Positions 1 to 8,360 of a stretch of 64,000 nt of DNA are shown here, in pieces (positions within the stretch are counted from its first letter, which is position 1; each line of letters opens with the position of its first letter). This DNA comes from a virus (Duplodnaviria; Heunggongvirae; Uroviricota; Caudoviricetes). The DNA lies in IMG/VR virus record IMGVR_UViG_2897328257_000003; one strand, 5' to 3'. The notes below the pieces were generated by a model, which worked only from the letters and a program-made list of their open reading frames with translations, had not been told where the DNA came from and did no database searches. The position numbers and the translations under genes were made by a program.

Positions 1-1119
1 TTAAATAACCAACTTAACCCATTCCTGACCTCGGGTATCGTTATAGCGATCGGTGGTAGCCTGGACTTTATGTCCCAGTAATGTTTTTGTATCGACACCC
101 TGTGCGCGGTACAACCGTTCTGACAGGGAGCGTTGTTCATGAAATGTTGGCGGTGTTTTTCCTGCTGGTGGAATTATTCCAGCCAGATCTCGCGCTTTGG
201 CGAAGTAATCGCTCAGGTTGTCTTTACTCATCGGTTTTGGTTGTTTCTGGTGCCTACTATGGATTAGGTATGGACTCAACATTCTGTCCCTGCATCCATC
301 AATAACTTCTTTTAACGATACCCCAATTTCATCGCATCGTAGCGTAAGAGGTAAGGCCAGACGCATTCCGGTTTTTCCTTGGGTTATATGTAGATGTCCA
401 TTCCATACATCTGAAAAACGCATGTGGCAAATGTCATCACGGCGCTGACCAGTAACAATCGCAAGAAGCATTGCGTTACGGATAAAGTGTTTTTCTGGCG
501 TTGCATTATAAATTTTTTGCCAGTCTTCCAGGGTGAGTCTGGATCTGGTCACTTTAGGGATCGGTTTACGGGTAGCCTCCGGAGGATTCCATCCAGGAGG
601 AACTTCTCCCGCATGCTGTGCTTCTTTATAAATATCAACCCATAATCCGCGATTTACTCTTGCTGTGCTGACCATGTCTTTATCCATCCACTCGTCCAGT
701 ATTAATGCAAAGTCTCTTACCTCCAGTTCTTTCAATGGGTGGTTTCCCAGGCGGGAAACCAGGTATGCAGCCATTCGCACTTTTTCTTTGTGGGTTGTAG
801 CTGCAATGTCTCCATTTTTCAGTCGCGAATCCTGTATTTTCAGATATCGATCAACCCATGCCTTTAATCTGATACCCCGACGTTTTGTTGCTGACGGACT
901 TTCATCAATTTTGCGCATGAAATATTCAGCTTCTGCTGCAGCTATTCGCTGATTGGCTGTGGAAGCGATTTTTTCTGCCTTACCTTTGTCTGTTCCGAGT
1001 CCGTGAAATTTTCCAGTCACAGGATTTTTATACTGGTAGTAAACTCTGCCAGTTCTGCGATCAAACTTTTCGTAAAGACCGGCTACGTCAGTGCTGTTTT
1101 TTCGTGGCCTCGGTGACAT
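1..1119 (-). CDS. int: Tyrosine recombinase, lambda-type prophage integrase
   Basis: 372-aa ORF; C-terminal region (..PTFHEQRSLSERLY..LLGHKVQATTDRYNDTRGQEW..) parallels the lambda Int catalytic C-terminus as recalled; followed by an xis-like gene overlapping its start. Confidence 0.9.
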   Translation of the reverse strand: MSPRPRKNSTDVAGLYEKFDRRTGRVYYQYKNPVTGKFHGLGTDKGKAEKIASTANQRIAAAEAEYFMRKIDESPSATKRRGIRLKAWVDRYLKIQDSRLKNGDIAATTHKEKVRMAAYLVSRLGNHPLKELEVRDFALILDEWMDKDMVSTARVNRGLWVDIYKEAQHAGEVPPGWNPPEATRKPIPKVTRSRLTLEDWQKIYNATPEKHFIRNAMLLAIVTGQRRDDICHMRFSDVWNGHLHITQGKTGMRLALPLTLRCDEIGVSLKEVIDGCRDRMLSPYLIHSRHQKQPKPMSKDNLSDYFAKARDLAGIIPPAGKTPPTFHEQRSLSERLYRAQGVDTKTLLGHKVQATTDRYNDTRGQEWVKLVI

Positions 1120-1366
1120 GAGTTAAAATCTCCTTCAGTGCATCATCATCGCCAGTATGAATTTCCGGCGCAATTCCCGTTTCACCAGGCCCAACAAATA
1201 CTGCTCGGCGATCTATCAGCCAACGCCCACGAATTTTTTGTGGTCTTGGAACGATGTATCCTAGTTTTCCGTATTTCACCAGGGTAGTGTTTGTTATTGG
1301 GAGACTGAACCGTTTTGGTTTCCACTCATCGAGCGTTATCAGGTACTGTTCGCTCATGGCTATCAC
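1088..1366 (-). CDS. xis: Excisionase-like protein (Xis family); start may be the internal Met at 1357
   Basis: 92-aa ORF overlapping the int start in another frame; N-terminus MSEQYLITLDEW resembles lambda Xis YLTLQEW. Confidence 0.6.
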   Translation of the reverse strand: MIAMSEQYLITLDEWKPKRFSLPITNTTLVKYGKLGYIVPRPQKIRGRWLIDRRAVFVGPGETGIAPEIHTGDDDALKEILTHVTEATKKQH

Positions 1367-1418
1367 TCCGGAACGCGCCAGTTGCAGAATACCAACGACA
1401 ACTGGCGACGGTTGAACA

Positions 1419-3863
1419 TTAAAAATCAGCCTGACTCGGGATCAGTTTTTGCCAGATAGCTGAAACGTATTTTGCCTGGTAACGCGCATCGTGCAGGGCA
1501 TTATGGCGCTCACCCTCAAATGTGATGACACTTCGAGCATCGAAATCCATCACCAGTCCCAGAGCAACCATCGTTCTTACATCGCGATCATTGGTGTAAC
1601 GCCATGGGCAGGGGATCCCCTGCCGTTCATATGAACGGCGTAAAATTACGTTGTCAAAGTTGGCTCCATTTCCCCAGACCTGAACAAAAAATTCACCGGA
1701 GTTTTCGTCGATAAATTCCCGTAATTGCAACAGTGCGTCATCCAACGGGATTTCATCGGTCAGAATGGCTGATTGTGCTTCCCGTGACTGTTTCAGCCAC
1801 CACTTAATGGTGTCCCGATCGATGACTCCGCCCGCGGTTTCCAGATCGATAGTTTTGCTGAATTCTGGCCCCATCTCTCCGGTTGCCGGATCAAAAAACT
1901 TACCGGCCAGAGCGTTTATTGGCGCATCAGGATTTTTGCCCATTGTTTCAAGGTCAATCATCAGATGGTGCCACAACCTGCTGGTGGATGTGCTTTCGTG
2001 ATGACCGTTCACCTTAATTAAGGGATTTGCTGTCTCGCCTGTTTCATTATTGCCATTGGCATGTTGATCGCCTTCGGTACACTCCTTGTTCGGGTATACG
2101 GCACTTTCCATTTCCTCTGGATCTTTCTCCCGGGCTTCATCCTGGCTTTCTTCGTTGAATGTTTCCTGGTATGTTGCGTCGCCCATTACCGCGCCACAGT
2201 CAGGACAGTTGCCGTCGCCGGTCTGACCGCAGGCGTTGCAGACTTTTTCCGGTTCTTGTTGCTCTTCTGGTTCAGGCTGTTTCGTTTCTGGCTCGTTTTG
2301 TAACGCATTTGGGCTGTTTTGTTCCGCTTTCTGGTCGTTTTGTTCCGATTTGTGCTGGTTCTGGTTCACAGAGTCGCGGGTTTCAATCCCCTTCACCCAT
2401 TTCGGATCATTCGGGTCGCTAATCCCTTCAACAAATTCTCCGTGAGAAGCAGCCAGTAATTTATCTGCATCGACAGGATTTTTGGGGGGAATGTTTTTCC
2501 TGGCTTCATGGAGTTCTGCACGCAGTTTCTGATATTTCGCATCAACAGAATTTATCTGTGGCTGAGCATCCATCGACTGCGTGTCCTGATTATGTTCAGT
2601 TGTATCCGGTTCCACTGCTTCAGTCGTTGCCTGTTCATCTGCCATTGCGCCAGTTGGCTGCGGTTTTTCTTCATCATCCTGTTTTCCTTCTTTTGTTACA
2701 CGCTGCGGCATTGGAGCAGAGGAGCGACCGCAGGCAATATCCACGATTTCTGGATCAGGGTTGGCATGGTCGGTTTCGGTCAGTACTTTGTTCAGATATT
2801 CGGTAACACGGTGGGGAGTAGCCTCGATACCAATTGGTGCTTCTTTCACGGACGCAACCACTATCGCGCGGGAATAATCCAGGTGACCAGGCATGGCGAT
2901 GAATTTGTCACGAAAAACAGAAAAGGGCGGCTTATTCTCTGAAACGATTTCTTCAATGCGTTTGGCGTGTGCCGGATGTGGATTGTAAATATCGATGTCC
3001 ATTGAACGGGCCAGAACGCCAGCGGCAACGTCACGTTCCACTGACGCATCATCGTGGACAAAACCTTCACCGCGATCGGTAAGAATTCCTCCGCCAGCAT
3101 TAGCGCCGGATGGCGTGCGGCTGATGCGTAAAACACGATTTCCTTTCATCCACTCTTTTGTCAGCAGACCTCGATCGGTATAGTCAGCGTCCAGGTATGC
3201 TTCGAAAAAAGCAGTCATTAACCCCAGACTGGAATTAACGGGATTAGGGAAAACTTTGTCTGTGTCGCGTACCAGTTTGTGAAGGTCGCGAATCTCCAGC
3301 GGGTCGAGCAGCTTTGTGTTGTGGGAAATAGCCAGGGCAGTAACAGCAGGCAGTTCTTCAGCTCGTGCGATATGTAATGCCTGAAGTTCTTCCCGTGAAA
3401 CGTGCGTTACCGGTTTTTCGCTGCCATGTTGCGCAAGCCAGCGAATGGGCAGTTCCTGACCGGAAATCGGCAGGAGCATATTATCCTCAATCTCAGCCAT
3501 GTCTTCGCCATTGACGTTGGTATTGTCAGAGCTGGCTGGTTTGTCCTGAACTGAGGGGGAAGGCGCTATAAATATCATTGTGATGCCATCTTCCCCGCCT
3601 TTTTCATAGCGGTTGCAGAATTCAGTATCGAACACACCTTCAGGCGGCAGGTCATTAACAATGGGCAAATTCACGCGAACAGGTTTTTTGAAATCCTCTT
3701 CGTCAAATCCAGCATCGTCCATTGCGACAACACCCCGTGATATTGCAACCGATAATTTTTTTGCTGTGCGCCAGTAAAAACCGCCTTTAATCCCAAGGCG
3801 TTTTCTGACTTTGTCATTTTTGGCTTCGTAATACAGTGCAATTTCTTCTTTATCAGTGCTCAT
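1419..3863 (-). CDS. Prophage exonuclease (814 aa) with central acidic/Gln-rich low-complexity region, Cys4 zinc-ribbon (CNACG..CPDCG) and C-terminal DEDD-type 3'-5' exonuclease-like domain; resembles proteins annotated as exodeoxyribonuclease VIII-like in E. coli prophages
   Basis: Long uninterrupted ORF in the early-left position next to xis; C-terminal motifs (..MIDLETMG.., ..HNALHDARY..) match DnaQ-like exonuclease signatures by eye. Confidence 0.7.
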   Translation of the reverse strand: MSTDKEEIALYYEAKNDKVRKRLGIKGGFYWRTAKKLSVAISRGVVAMDDAGFDEEDFKKPVRVNLPIVNDLPPEGVFDTEFCNRYEKGGEDGITMIFIAPSPSVQDKPASSDNTNVNGEDMAEIEDNMLLPISGQELPIRWLAQHGSEKPVTHVSREELQALHIARAEELPAVTALAISHNTKLLDPLEIRDLHKLVRDTDKVFPNPVNSSLGLMTAFFEAYLDADYTDRGLLTKEWMKGNRVLRISRTPSGANAGGGILTDRGEGFVHDDASVERDVAAGVLARSMDIDIYNPHPAHAKRIEEIVSENKPPFSVFRDKFIAMPGHLDYSRAIVVASVKEAPIGIEATPHRVTEYLNKVLTETDHANPDPEIVDIACGRSSAPMPQRVTKEGKQDDEEKPQPTGAMADEQATTEAVEPDTTEHNQDTQSMDAQPQINSVDAKYQKLRAELHEARKNIPPKNPVDADKLLAASHGEFVEGISDPNDPKWVKGIETRDSVNQNQHKSEQNDQKAEQNSPNALQNEPETKQPEPEEQQEPEKVCNACGQTGDGNCPDCGAVMGDATYQETFNEESQDEAREKDPEEMESAVYPNKECTEGDQHANGNNETGETANPLIKVNGHHESTSTSRLWHHLMIDLETMGKNPDAPINALAGKFFDPATGEMGPEFSKTIDLETAGGVIDRDTIKWWLKQSREAQSAILTDEIPLDDALLQLREFIDENSGEFFVQVWGNGANFDNVILRRSYERQGIPCPWRYTNDRDVRTMVALGLVMDFDARSVITFEGERHNALHDARYQAKYVSAIWQKLIPSQADF

Positions 3864-3955
3864 TGATAAACCTCATAACTATTTTAAGGTTGTACGAATC
3901 CCTGCCATTGCTGGCATGCTTAATCAACGGGTATGGCGTTAATACGGCTGGCGGG

Positions 3956-4144
3956 TTATCCAGCCGGTATTTCGTTATTCAGGTACAGCGATACTTTGTT
4001 TAACGGGAGACATTCACCGGAAATTTTTTGCTCGTCTCTTGCCTGATGGCAGGATTCTTTACTGGCATAAATTCCGGTAATCACATTCTGTGGCTCACCT
4101 GTTATAAGAAAAACCGTCATCATCAGTGCAAACGCTGAACTCAC
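3956..4144 (-). CDS. Hypothetical small early-left protein (62 aa, hydrophobic N-terminus)
   Basis: ORF on the same strand directly upstream of the exonuclease gene; no recognised family. Confidence 0.4.
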   Translation of the reverse strand: MSSAFALMMTVFLITGEPQNVITGIYASKESCHQARDEQKISGECLPLNKVSLYLNNEIPAG

Positions 4145-4329
4145 TGCTGCCCTCCGAAAATGCCAAGTTCAAGAAGGGCAATTCTGGAGAGTATGGAATT
4201 ATCATTGAGAAGATAAGGCTCATATTTTCTCATCCTGATGGCGTCCTCAGTAAACTCCCGGTTACTGAGCAGAATACCAATATTAAAACACCCTTCAGAC
4301 GTATTAACGTTTGGTAGTGACGTTTCCAT
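4141..4329 (-). CDS. Hypothetical small early-left protein (62 aa)
   Basis: ORF with a 4-nt overlap to the downstream small ORF; start lies inside a sequence duplicated across an N-run, so the exact 5' context is uncertain. Confidence 0.35.
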   Translation of the reverse strand: METSLPNVNTSEGCFNIGILLSNREFTEDAIRMRKYEPYLLNDNSILSRIALLELGIFGGQQ

Positions 4330-4527
4330 TATCGCGTCCTCAACAATGAATTTTGTGATGTGGTGCCTGGTGCCTCCAGGTGACGTTAACCAGTTAACAA
4401 TTAACGCCGGANNNNNNNNNNNACGTTTGGTAGTGACGTTTCCATTATCGCGTCCTCAACAATGAATTTTGTGATGTGGTGCCTGGTGCCTCCAGGTGAC
4501 GTTAACCAGTTAACAATTAACGCCGGA
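4307..4527. repeat. Exact ~105-bp direct duplication flanking a ~10-nt N-run (approx. 4412-4422); probable contig-join artefact
   Basis: Sequence acgtttggtagtgacgtttccattatcgcg...ttaacgccgga occurs identically on both sides of the N-run. Confidence 0.6.
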
Positions 4528-4997
4528 TTGTTAGTTGATGTCTGTTACGCCAGTAAAAGACCGCTTGTTTTAACTGTTCCGCGTGCGCTTAGCCGCATTC
4601 ACCGCATCACAAAATACACTTTAAAAATGGCGGATATCCATTTCCGCCGAATCACCAGAAAAGTGATAACAGAGGTTGTTGTGGCGGTGTTGTCACTCAG
4701 GCGTATGGTCAACCTGACAACCCGGTGCATTTTCTGGAGCAATGGAGGAAGCCCCAGCCATACTTACCGCCGCGCCATTTCGCGGATTGCCACAACCGGA
4801 AGCGCACGATCGAATTACATTTAACGACGACATATACAGAGAGACTAACTTCGCCGAGCGCTTTCGTGTTGTGTGCCTGCTTTTAACCACGTCAGGCGAG
4901 GTGGACCTGTTATTCCCCAACAACAAGGAGCTTGTTAATCTGGATATCCCCAACAACAATAAGAGTATTGAATGTGATCGCTGAATTAACGGCAGCA

Positions 4998-5489
4998 ATG
5001 ACGGCTATTCGTGAAACCGCTCAGATTACAAAACTAATGAACGAGGCAAAAACTCAAGCTGAAGTAAATGCGGCTATTGGTGAACTGAACTCAAAGCTTG
5101 CATCTATTCAGCACGAATGCGTGTCTCTCGTTGAGCTGGTGAGCACTTATCAAGAAATAAATGCTTCTCTCAAAGCTAAAATTGCAGAATTTGAAAACTT
5201 TGAGGCTCAGACGGAAGGTTATATCCTTAACCAACTTGAGTCGGGAACTTTTGTGTACTCGAAGGAGGTAACCGTGAACGGCGGCAGCATAATCATGCAT
5301 CTTTGTCCAAAATGTTTTGGACAAAAGATAGTATCGATACTTCAACCATTCCCGGTTAGAGAACATGAGTTTTTTCATAAAAGCAGGTGCCTCTACTGTG
5401 AAAATCAGTTTCTTATGAATAAAAATCCGGATTATGTATCGCCTCCATCTATTGAGGAGTTGGCCAGAAAACTGAACGGCAATCTGTAG
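4998..5489 (+). CDS. Hypothetical moron protein: N-terminal coiled-coil-like region plus C-terminal Cys4 zinc-ribbon (CPKC ... CLYC); alternative starts GTG 4974 or internal GTG 5274
   Basis: ORF on the strand opposite to the early-left genes, AT-rich relative to flanks, preceded by ~470 bp of non-coding DNA; internal in-frame AAGGAGGT (5262-5269) plus GTG (5274). Confidence 0.55.
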   Translation: MTAIRETAQITKLMNEAKTQAEVNAAIGELNSKLASIQHECVSLVELVSTYQEINASLKAKIAEFENFEAQTEGYILNQLESGTFVYSKEVTVNGGSIIMHLCPKCFGQKIVSILQPFPVREHEFFHKSRCLYCENQFLMNKNPDYVSPPSIEELARKLNGNL

Positions 5490-5602
5490 ATTGTTACTGT
5501 TATGGATATCCAGATTGTTAAAGAGCATGCCGGATGCTTGCTTGTGTCCGGCGCGTGTGCACCAGTTCTCCCCGTGGAGGATTCCTTAACTACCAGACTT
5601 CA

Positions 5603-5755
5603 TTAGTCAGAGTTTCTTGCTAACCAGCGACGCGCGCCAGCTTCAGTTTTAAACGTTTTGCTTCTGGTATACGTCATCGCGGTAAACGTGCCGTCCTGGT
5701 TGGGGAATACTCCGCATACCAGAGATTCGTTGTTGCCAAGATTGAGCGTATCCAT
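5603..5755 (-). CDS. Small protein (50 aa), YdaF/DUF1391-like as recalled
   Basis: Hand-translated ORF MDTLNLGNNESLVCGVFPNQDGTFTAMTYTRSKTFKTEAGARRWLARNSD; below the ORF-track size cut-off; position downstream of the repressor matches the Rac ydaF/ydaG locus. Confidence 0.45.
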   Translation of the reverse strand: MDTLNLGNNESLVCGVFPNQDGTFTAMTYTRSKTFKTEAGARRWLARNSD

Positions 5756-5791
5756 GTTGACCTCATTTGCCCTTAACGCCGGGTCGCGGAA

Positions 5792-6016
5792 CTAAAAACC
5801 TGCTGCGCTGTTATACAAAGTGTTCCCGCCGTCATGTTCATACGCCTCGGGCTGGCTACTTAACCCCTGACCACTGCCTGGTAACTCGAAGTATTGCCTG
5901 GCGTTCTGTGGGGCGGGGTGGGTTGGTGATATAATGTACCTGCTGTTCATTAATGTAAAGTACTTTTGGTACATTTTTGTGAGGGGTAAAATATCAGGAG
6001 GGGATGAGAGGAGCAT
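5792..6016 (-). CDS. Hypothetical ORF (74 aa) downstream of the repressor; weak RBS, may be non-coding
   Basis: ORF only; no recognisable Shine-Dalgarno sequence; no family recognised. Confidence 0.25.
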   Translation of the reverse strand: MLLSSPPDILPLTKMYQKYFTLMNSRYIISPTHPAPQNARQYFELPGSGQGLSSQPEAYEHDGGNTLYNSAAGF

Positions 6017-6050
6017 AAACCCGGAGGGAAGCTACCGGATTTATGCAGAT

Positions 6051-6470
6051 TCAGGAGGCTTTTTGTTTTTTCTTTCGCGCTAATTCTTCATAAATTGCGT
6101 TGTACTTCTGTTTTTTCTCCTCAAGAGTTTTTAAAAGTTCATCAGTTTCACTGTCAGGGAGTTCATCAAGAAGTTCAATGATGATTTTTTGCTTCGGACT
6201 TAACTCCTGATAGAAACGCAGGCTTCCGCTTTCTTCAGTGTCCTCCCCCAGAAGGTAAGTTGGTGTTGTTCCGATAAGTGCTGCCAATTCTTTCAGTTTC
6301 TCTCGACGGGGAATTGCCTCTCCATTAAACCATTTACTAACCGCTTTGGGTGTTAGCTTCATTCGACGGGCAATTTCTGCCTGCCTTCCGTGTTGTTCAA
6401 AGCCAGCATTTTCACAGGCTAGCGCAAGCCTGCTGGCGAACTCTTTACGCGCTTCATCTTCATGAACCAT
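6051..6470 (-). CDS. Prophage repressor, XRE-family HTH, DicA/RacR-like
   Basis: 139 aa; N-terminal HTH (..QAEIARRMKLTPKAVSKWFNGEAIP..) and C-terminal ..LSPKQKIIIELLDELPDSETDELL.. closely parallel DicA as recalled; divergent from a cro-position gene. Confidence 0.85.
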   Translation of the reverse strand: MVHEDEARKEFASRLALACENAGFEQHGRQAEIARRMKLTPKAVSKWFNGEAIPRREKLKELAALIGTTPTYLLGEDTEESGSLRFYQELSPKQKIIIELLDELPDSETDELLKTLEEKKQKYNAIYEELARKKKQKAS

Positions 6471-6549
6471 AAGTTCAATGATATTTGCTATTGAATGTAC
6501 TGTCAGTTCTGTTATATTGTGTACTCAAAGTTCACATTGTGAGGGTGAT
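6471..6549. promoter_or_regulatory. Divergent promoter/operator region of the immunity switch (repressor vs cro-like gene)
   Basis: 79-bp AT-rich intergenic region between divergent start codons, with repeated TGTAC-containing half-sites (..aatgtactgtcag..tgtgtactcaa..). Confidence 0.5.
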
Positions 6550-6816
6550 ATGAGCCATACAACACTTGCAGATGTAATCAAAGCAGTTCGCGTTTCTGTT
6601 GTAGCCGATGTTTGCGGTGTCAGCCAAAGAGCAATCTACAAATGGATGAATAATGGAAAATTACCGCGCACAGAATATACAGGCGAAACAAATTACGCTG
6701 AAAAAATTGCTCTGGCATCAAACGGATTATTTTCTGCTGATGCGGTTTTGACTATTGGCAGGATTAAGCCTACAGCGAATGAATCACTGGCGGTGAACAA
6801 TGAAAATCACCCCTGA
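6550..6816 (+). CDS. Cro-position HTH protein, YdaS/DicC-like
   Basis: 88 aa from ATG 6550 preceded by GAGGG; HTH-like ..VADVCGVSQRAIYKWMNNGKLP..; divergent from the repressor. Confidence 0.7.
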   Translation: MSHTTLADVIKAVRVSVVADVCGVSQRAIYKWMNNGKLPRTEYTGETNYAEKIALASNGLFSADAVLTIGRIKPTANESLAVNNENHP

Positions 6817-7351
6817 ACAGGTTTGTGAGGCTCTGGATGCCTGGGTATGCCGACCAGGAATGACACAGGAGCAGGCGACGATATTAATCACGGAAGCATT
6901 CTGGGCTCTGAAAGAACGCCCGAACATCGATGTTCAACGCGTCACGTTTAATGATGGCGAGGTTGATCAACGGGCGCTGGGCGTTAATCGAGTGAAGATA
7001 TTCGAACGCTGGAAGGCTATCGACACCAGGGATAAGCGTGAAAAATTCACGGCGCTGATTCCGGCAATTATGGAGGCTATCCGGGTAAGTGATTTCAGGT
7101 TGTATTGTGAAATTACTGACGGAAAAAGCATTACGTACATGATCGCCGGGTTAAACAAAGAGTATGGCGATGTGGTGGAGTCCGGGCTGCTTTTTGCGGA
7201 TCCAGTTGTTGTGGAACGTGAGACTGATGAGCTTATAGAAAAAGCCATTGCTTTCAAGCGTGCGTATCGTCAGCAATACCAACATTACTTTGCAGATAAA
7301 CAAATATCTGTCTGGGGTTCGTATGAGTATCGATGCACTACGATGGGCTAA
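6800..7351 (+). CDS. YdaT-like protein (Rac ydaT family as recalled; proposed CII-analogue/toxic protein)
   Basis: 183 aa overlapping the end of the ydaS-like gene; segment ..DKREKFTALIPAIMEAIRVSDFRLYCEITD.. resembles YdaT. Confidence 0.6.
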   Translation: MKITPEQVCEALDAWVCRPGMTQEQATILITEAFWALKERPNIDVQRVTFNDGEVDQRALGVNRVKIFERWKAIDTRDKREKFTALIPAIMEAIRVSDFRLYCEITDGKSITYMIAGLNKEYGDVVESGLLFADPVVVERETDELIEKAIAFKRAYRQQYQHYFADKQISVWGSYEYRCTTMG

Positions 7352-8360
7352 AAAGGTGAAAACCGGCAGTTCATCCAGTAAGTCAGTATTGACCTGGCTT
7401 GCTGATATGTGCGGTGCCGATTTGTGCGCATACCCGTCTATATCTGCACTGGCAGAAGTAACGGAACTGAACAAAAAGACTGTGCAGGACAGTTTACGAC
7501 ACCTGATGGAGATTGGGTTAATTGTTGATACTGGTGAGAGAAAAGGCAGAACAAAGCAAATTGTGGTGTACCGACTTATCGGTGTAGAAGAAAGTGTTGC
7601 CGAGCCTGAATACACCCAAAAACGGGAGTCTTTAAAGGTGGGTAAAATTGGTACTGTTAATAAAAATAGTACCGAAAATGGTTATGTTTCAGCACAAAAC
7701 AGACCCAAAAACGGAACTCTTAGCTGCATGGAAAATAACCAAAGACACCCAAATTTTCCATCAAAGACACCCAAAAACGGATCACGGAACCCAAAGGAAC
7801 CCAAAGATCTAAACCCCACACATAACGCACGCGAGAGTGCTCCGACCAGTGAGCAGGAAGTTTTGTCGTTACAGGCAGCGCCCCCTGTATTCTTGGATGG
7901 CCTGAGCGAACCCATCGGGAAATTTTCGATGACTACTGTCTGGCAGCCGTCGCTGGATTTTCGACAACGGGCAGTAGTGTGGGGTATGGCTCTGCCTGAG
8001 CCGGAATTTACACCTGCAGAGCTTGCCGCATTCCGGGATTACTGGATGGCGGAGGGGAAGGTTTTCACGCAGGTTCAGTGGGAGCAGAAATTTGCCCGTC
8101 ACGTGCAGCACGTCAGGGCACAGGTAAAACCAGTCAGCAAGGGGGTAAGCCATGCAGCATCAGGTGGCACGGCATCACGGGCAGTTCAGGAAATCCGGGC
8201 AGCACGCGAACAGTGGGAACGTGAAAACGGATTTATCAGCAACGGAAACGGCCTGGAAGCTGTGGGAGCTTATGGGGGAGGTGTATTCGAACCGCTGGAC
8301 TCAGAAGAATGGGGCCGCACCTTCGAAGCTCTGGATTGCCCAGATTGGTGCGATGACTGA
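7323..8360 (+). CDS. Replication initiation protein: N-terminal winged-helix DNA-binding domain, low-complexity linker, C-terminal DnaT-like domain
   Basis: C-terminal ..GKFSMTTVWQPSLDFRQRAVVWGMALPEPEFTPAELAAFRDYWMAEGKVFTQVQWEQKFAR.. closely parallels E. coli DnaT as recalled; iteron-like repeats inside the linker-coding DNA. Confidence 0.7.
   Translation: MSIDALRWAKKVKTGSSSSKSVLTWLADMCGADLCAYPSISALAEVTELNKKTVQDSLRHLMEIGLIVDTGERKGRTKQIVVYRLIGVEESVAEPEYTQKRESLKVGKIGTVNKNSTENGYVSAQNRPKNGTLSCMENNQRHPNFPSKTPKNGSRNPKEPKDLNPTHNARESAPTSEQEVLSLQAAPPVFLDGLSEPIGKFSMTTVWQPSLDFRQRAVVWGMALPEPEFTPAELAAFRDYWMAEGKVFTQVQWEQKFARHVQHVRAQVKPVSKGVSHAASGGTASRAVQEIRAAREQWERENGFISNGNGLEAVGAYGGGVFEPLDSEEWGRTFEALDCPDWCDD
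7650..7810. repeat. Putative prophage replication origin: AT-rich palindrome followed by iteron-like direct repeats inside the replication gene
   Basis: GGTACTgttaataaaaatAGTACC palindrome; repeats gacccaaaaacggaac (7702-7717) and cacccaaaaacggatc (7768-7783), agacaccca x2, ggaacccaaag x2; analogous to lambda ori within O. Confidence 0.45.

Noticed and set aside
1765-3183. Multiple 60-144-aa ORFs on both strands inside the exonuclease gene
   Set aside because: Nested in a long, clearly coding ORF; Cys/Phe/Leu-rich shadow-frame products.
4462-4998. ORFs 4462..4824 (+), 4693..4998 (-) and 4742..4984 (+) in the region upstream of the moron gene
   Set aside because: Mutually overlapping, low-complexity products, no RBS; 4462..4824 starts inside the artefactual duplicate. 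Region treated as non-coding or regulatory.
5091-5528. 145-aa minus-strand ORF antisense to the moron gene
   Set aside because: Lys/Phe/Leu/Arg-rich composition typical of the antisense frame of an AT-rich gene; the plus-strand ORF has domain-like features, so I call that one.
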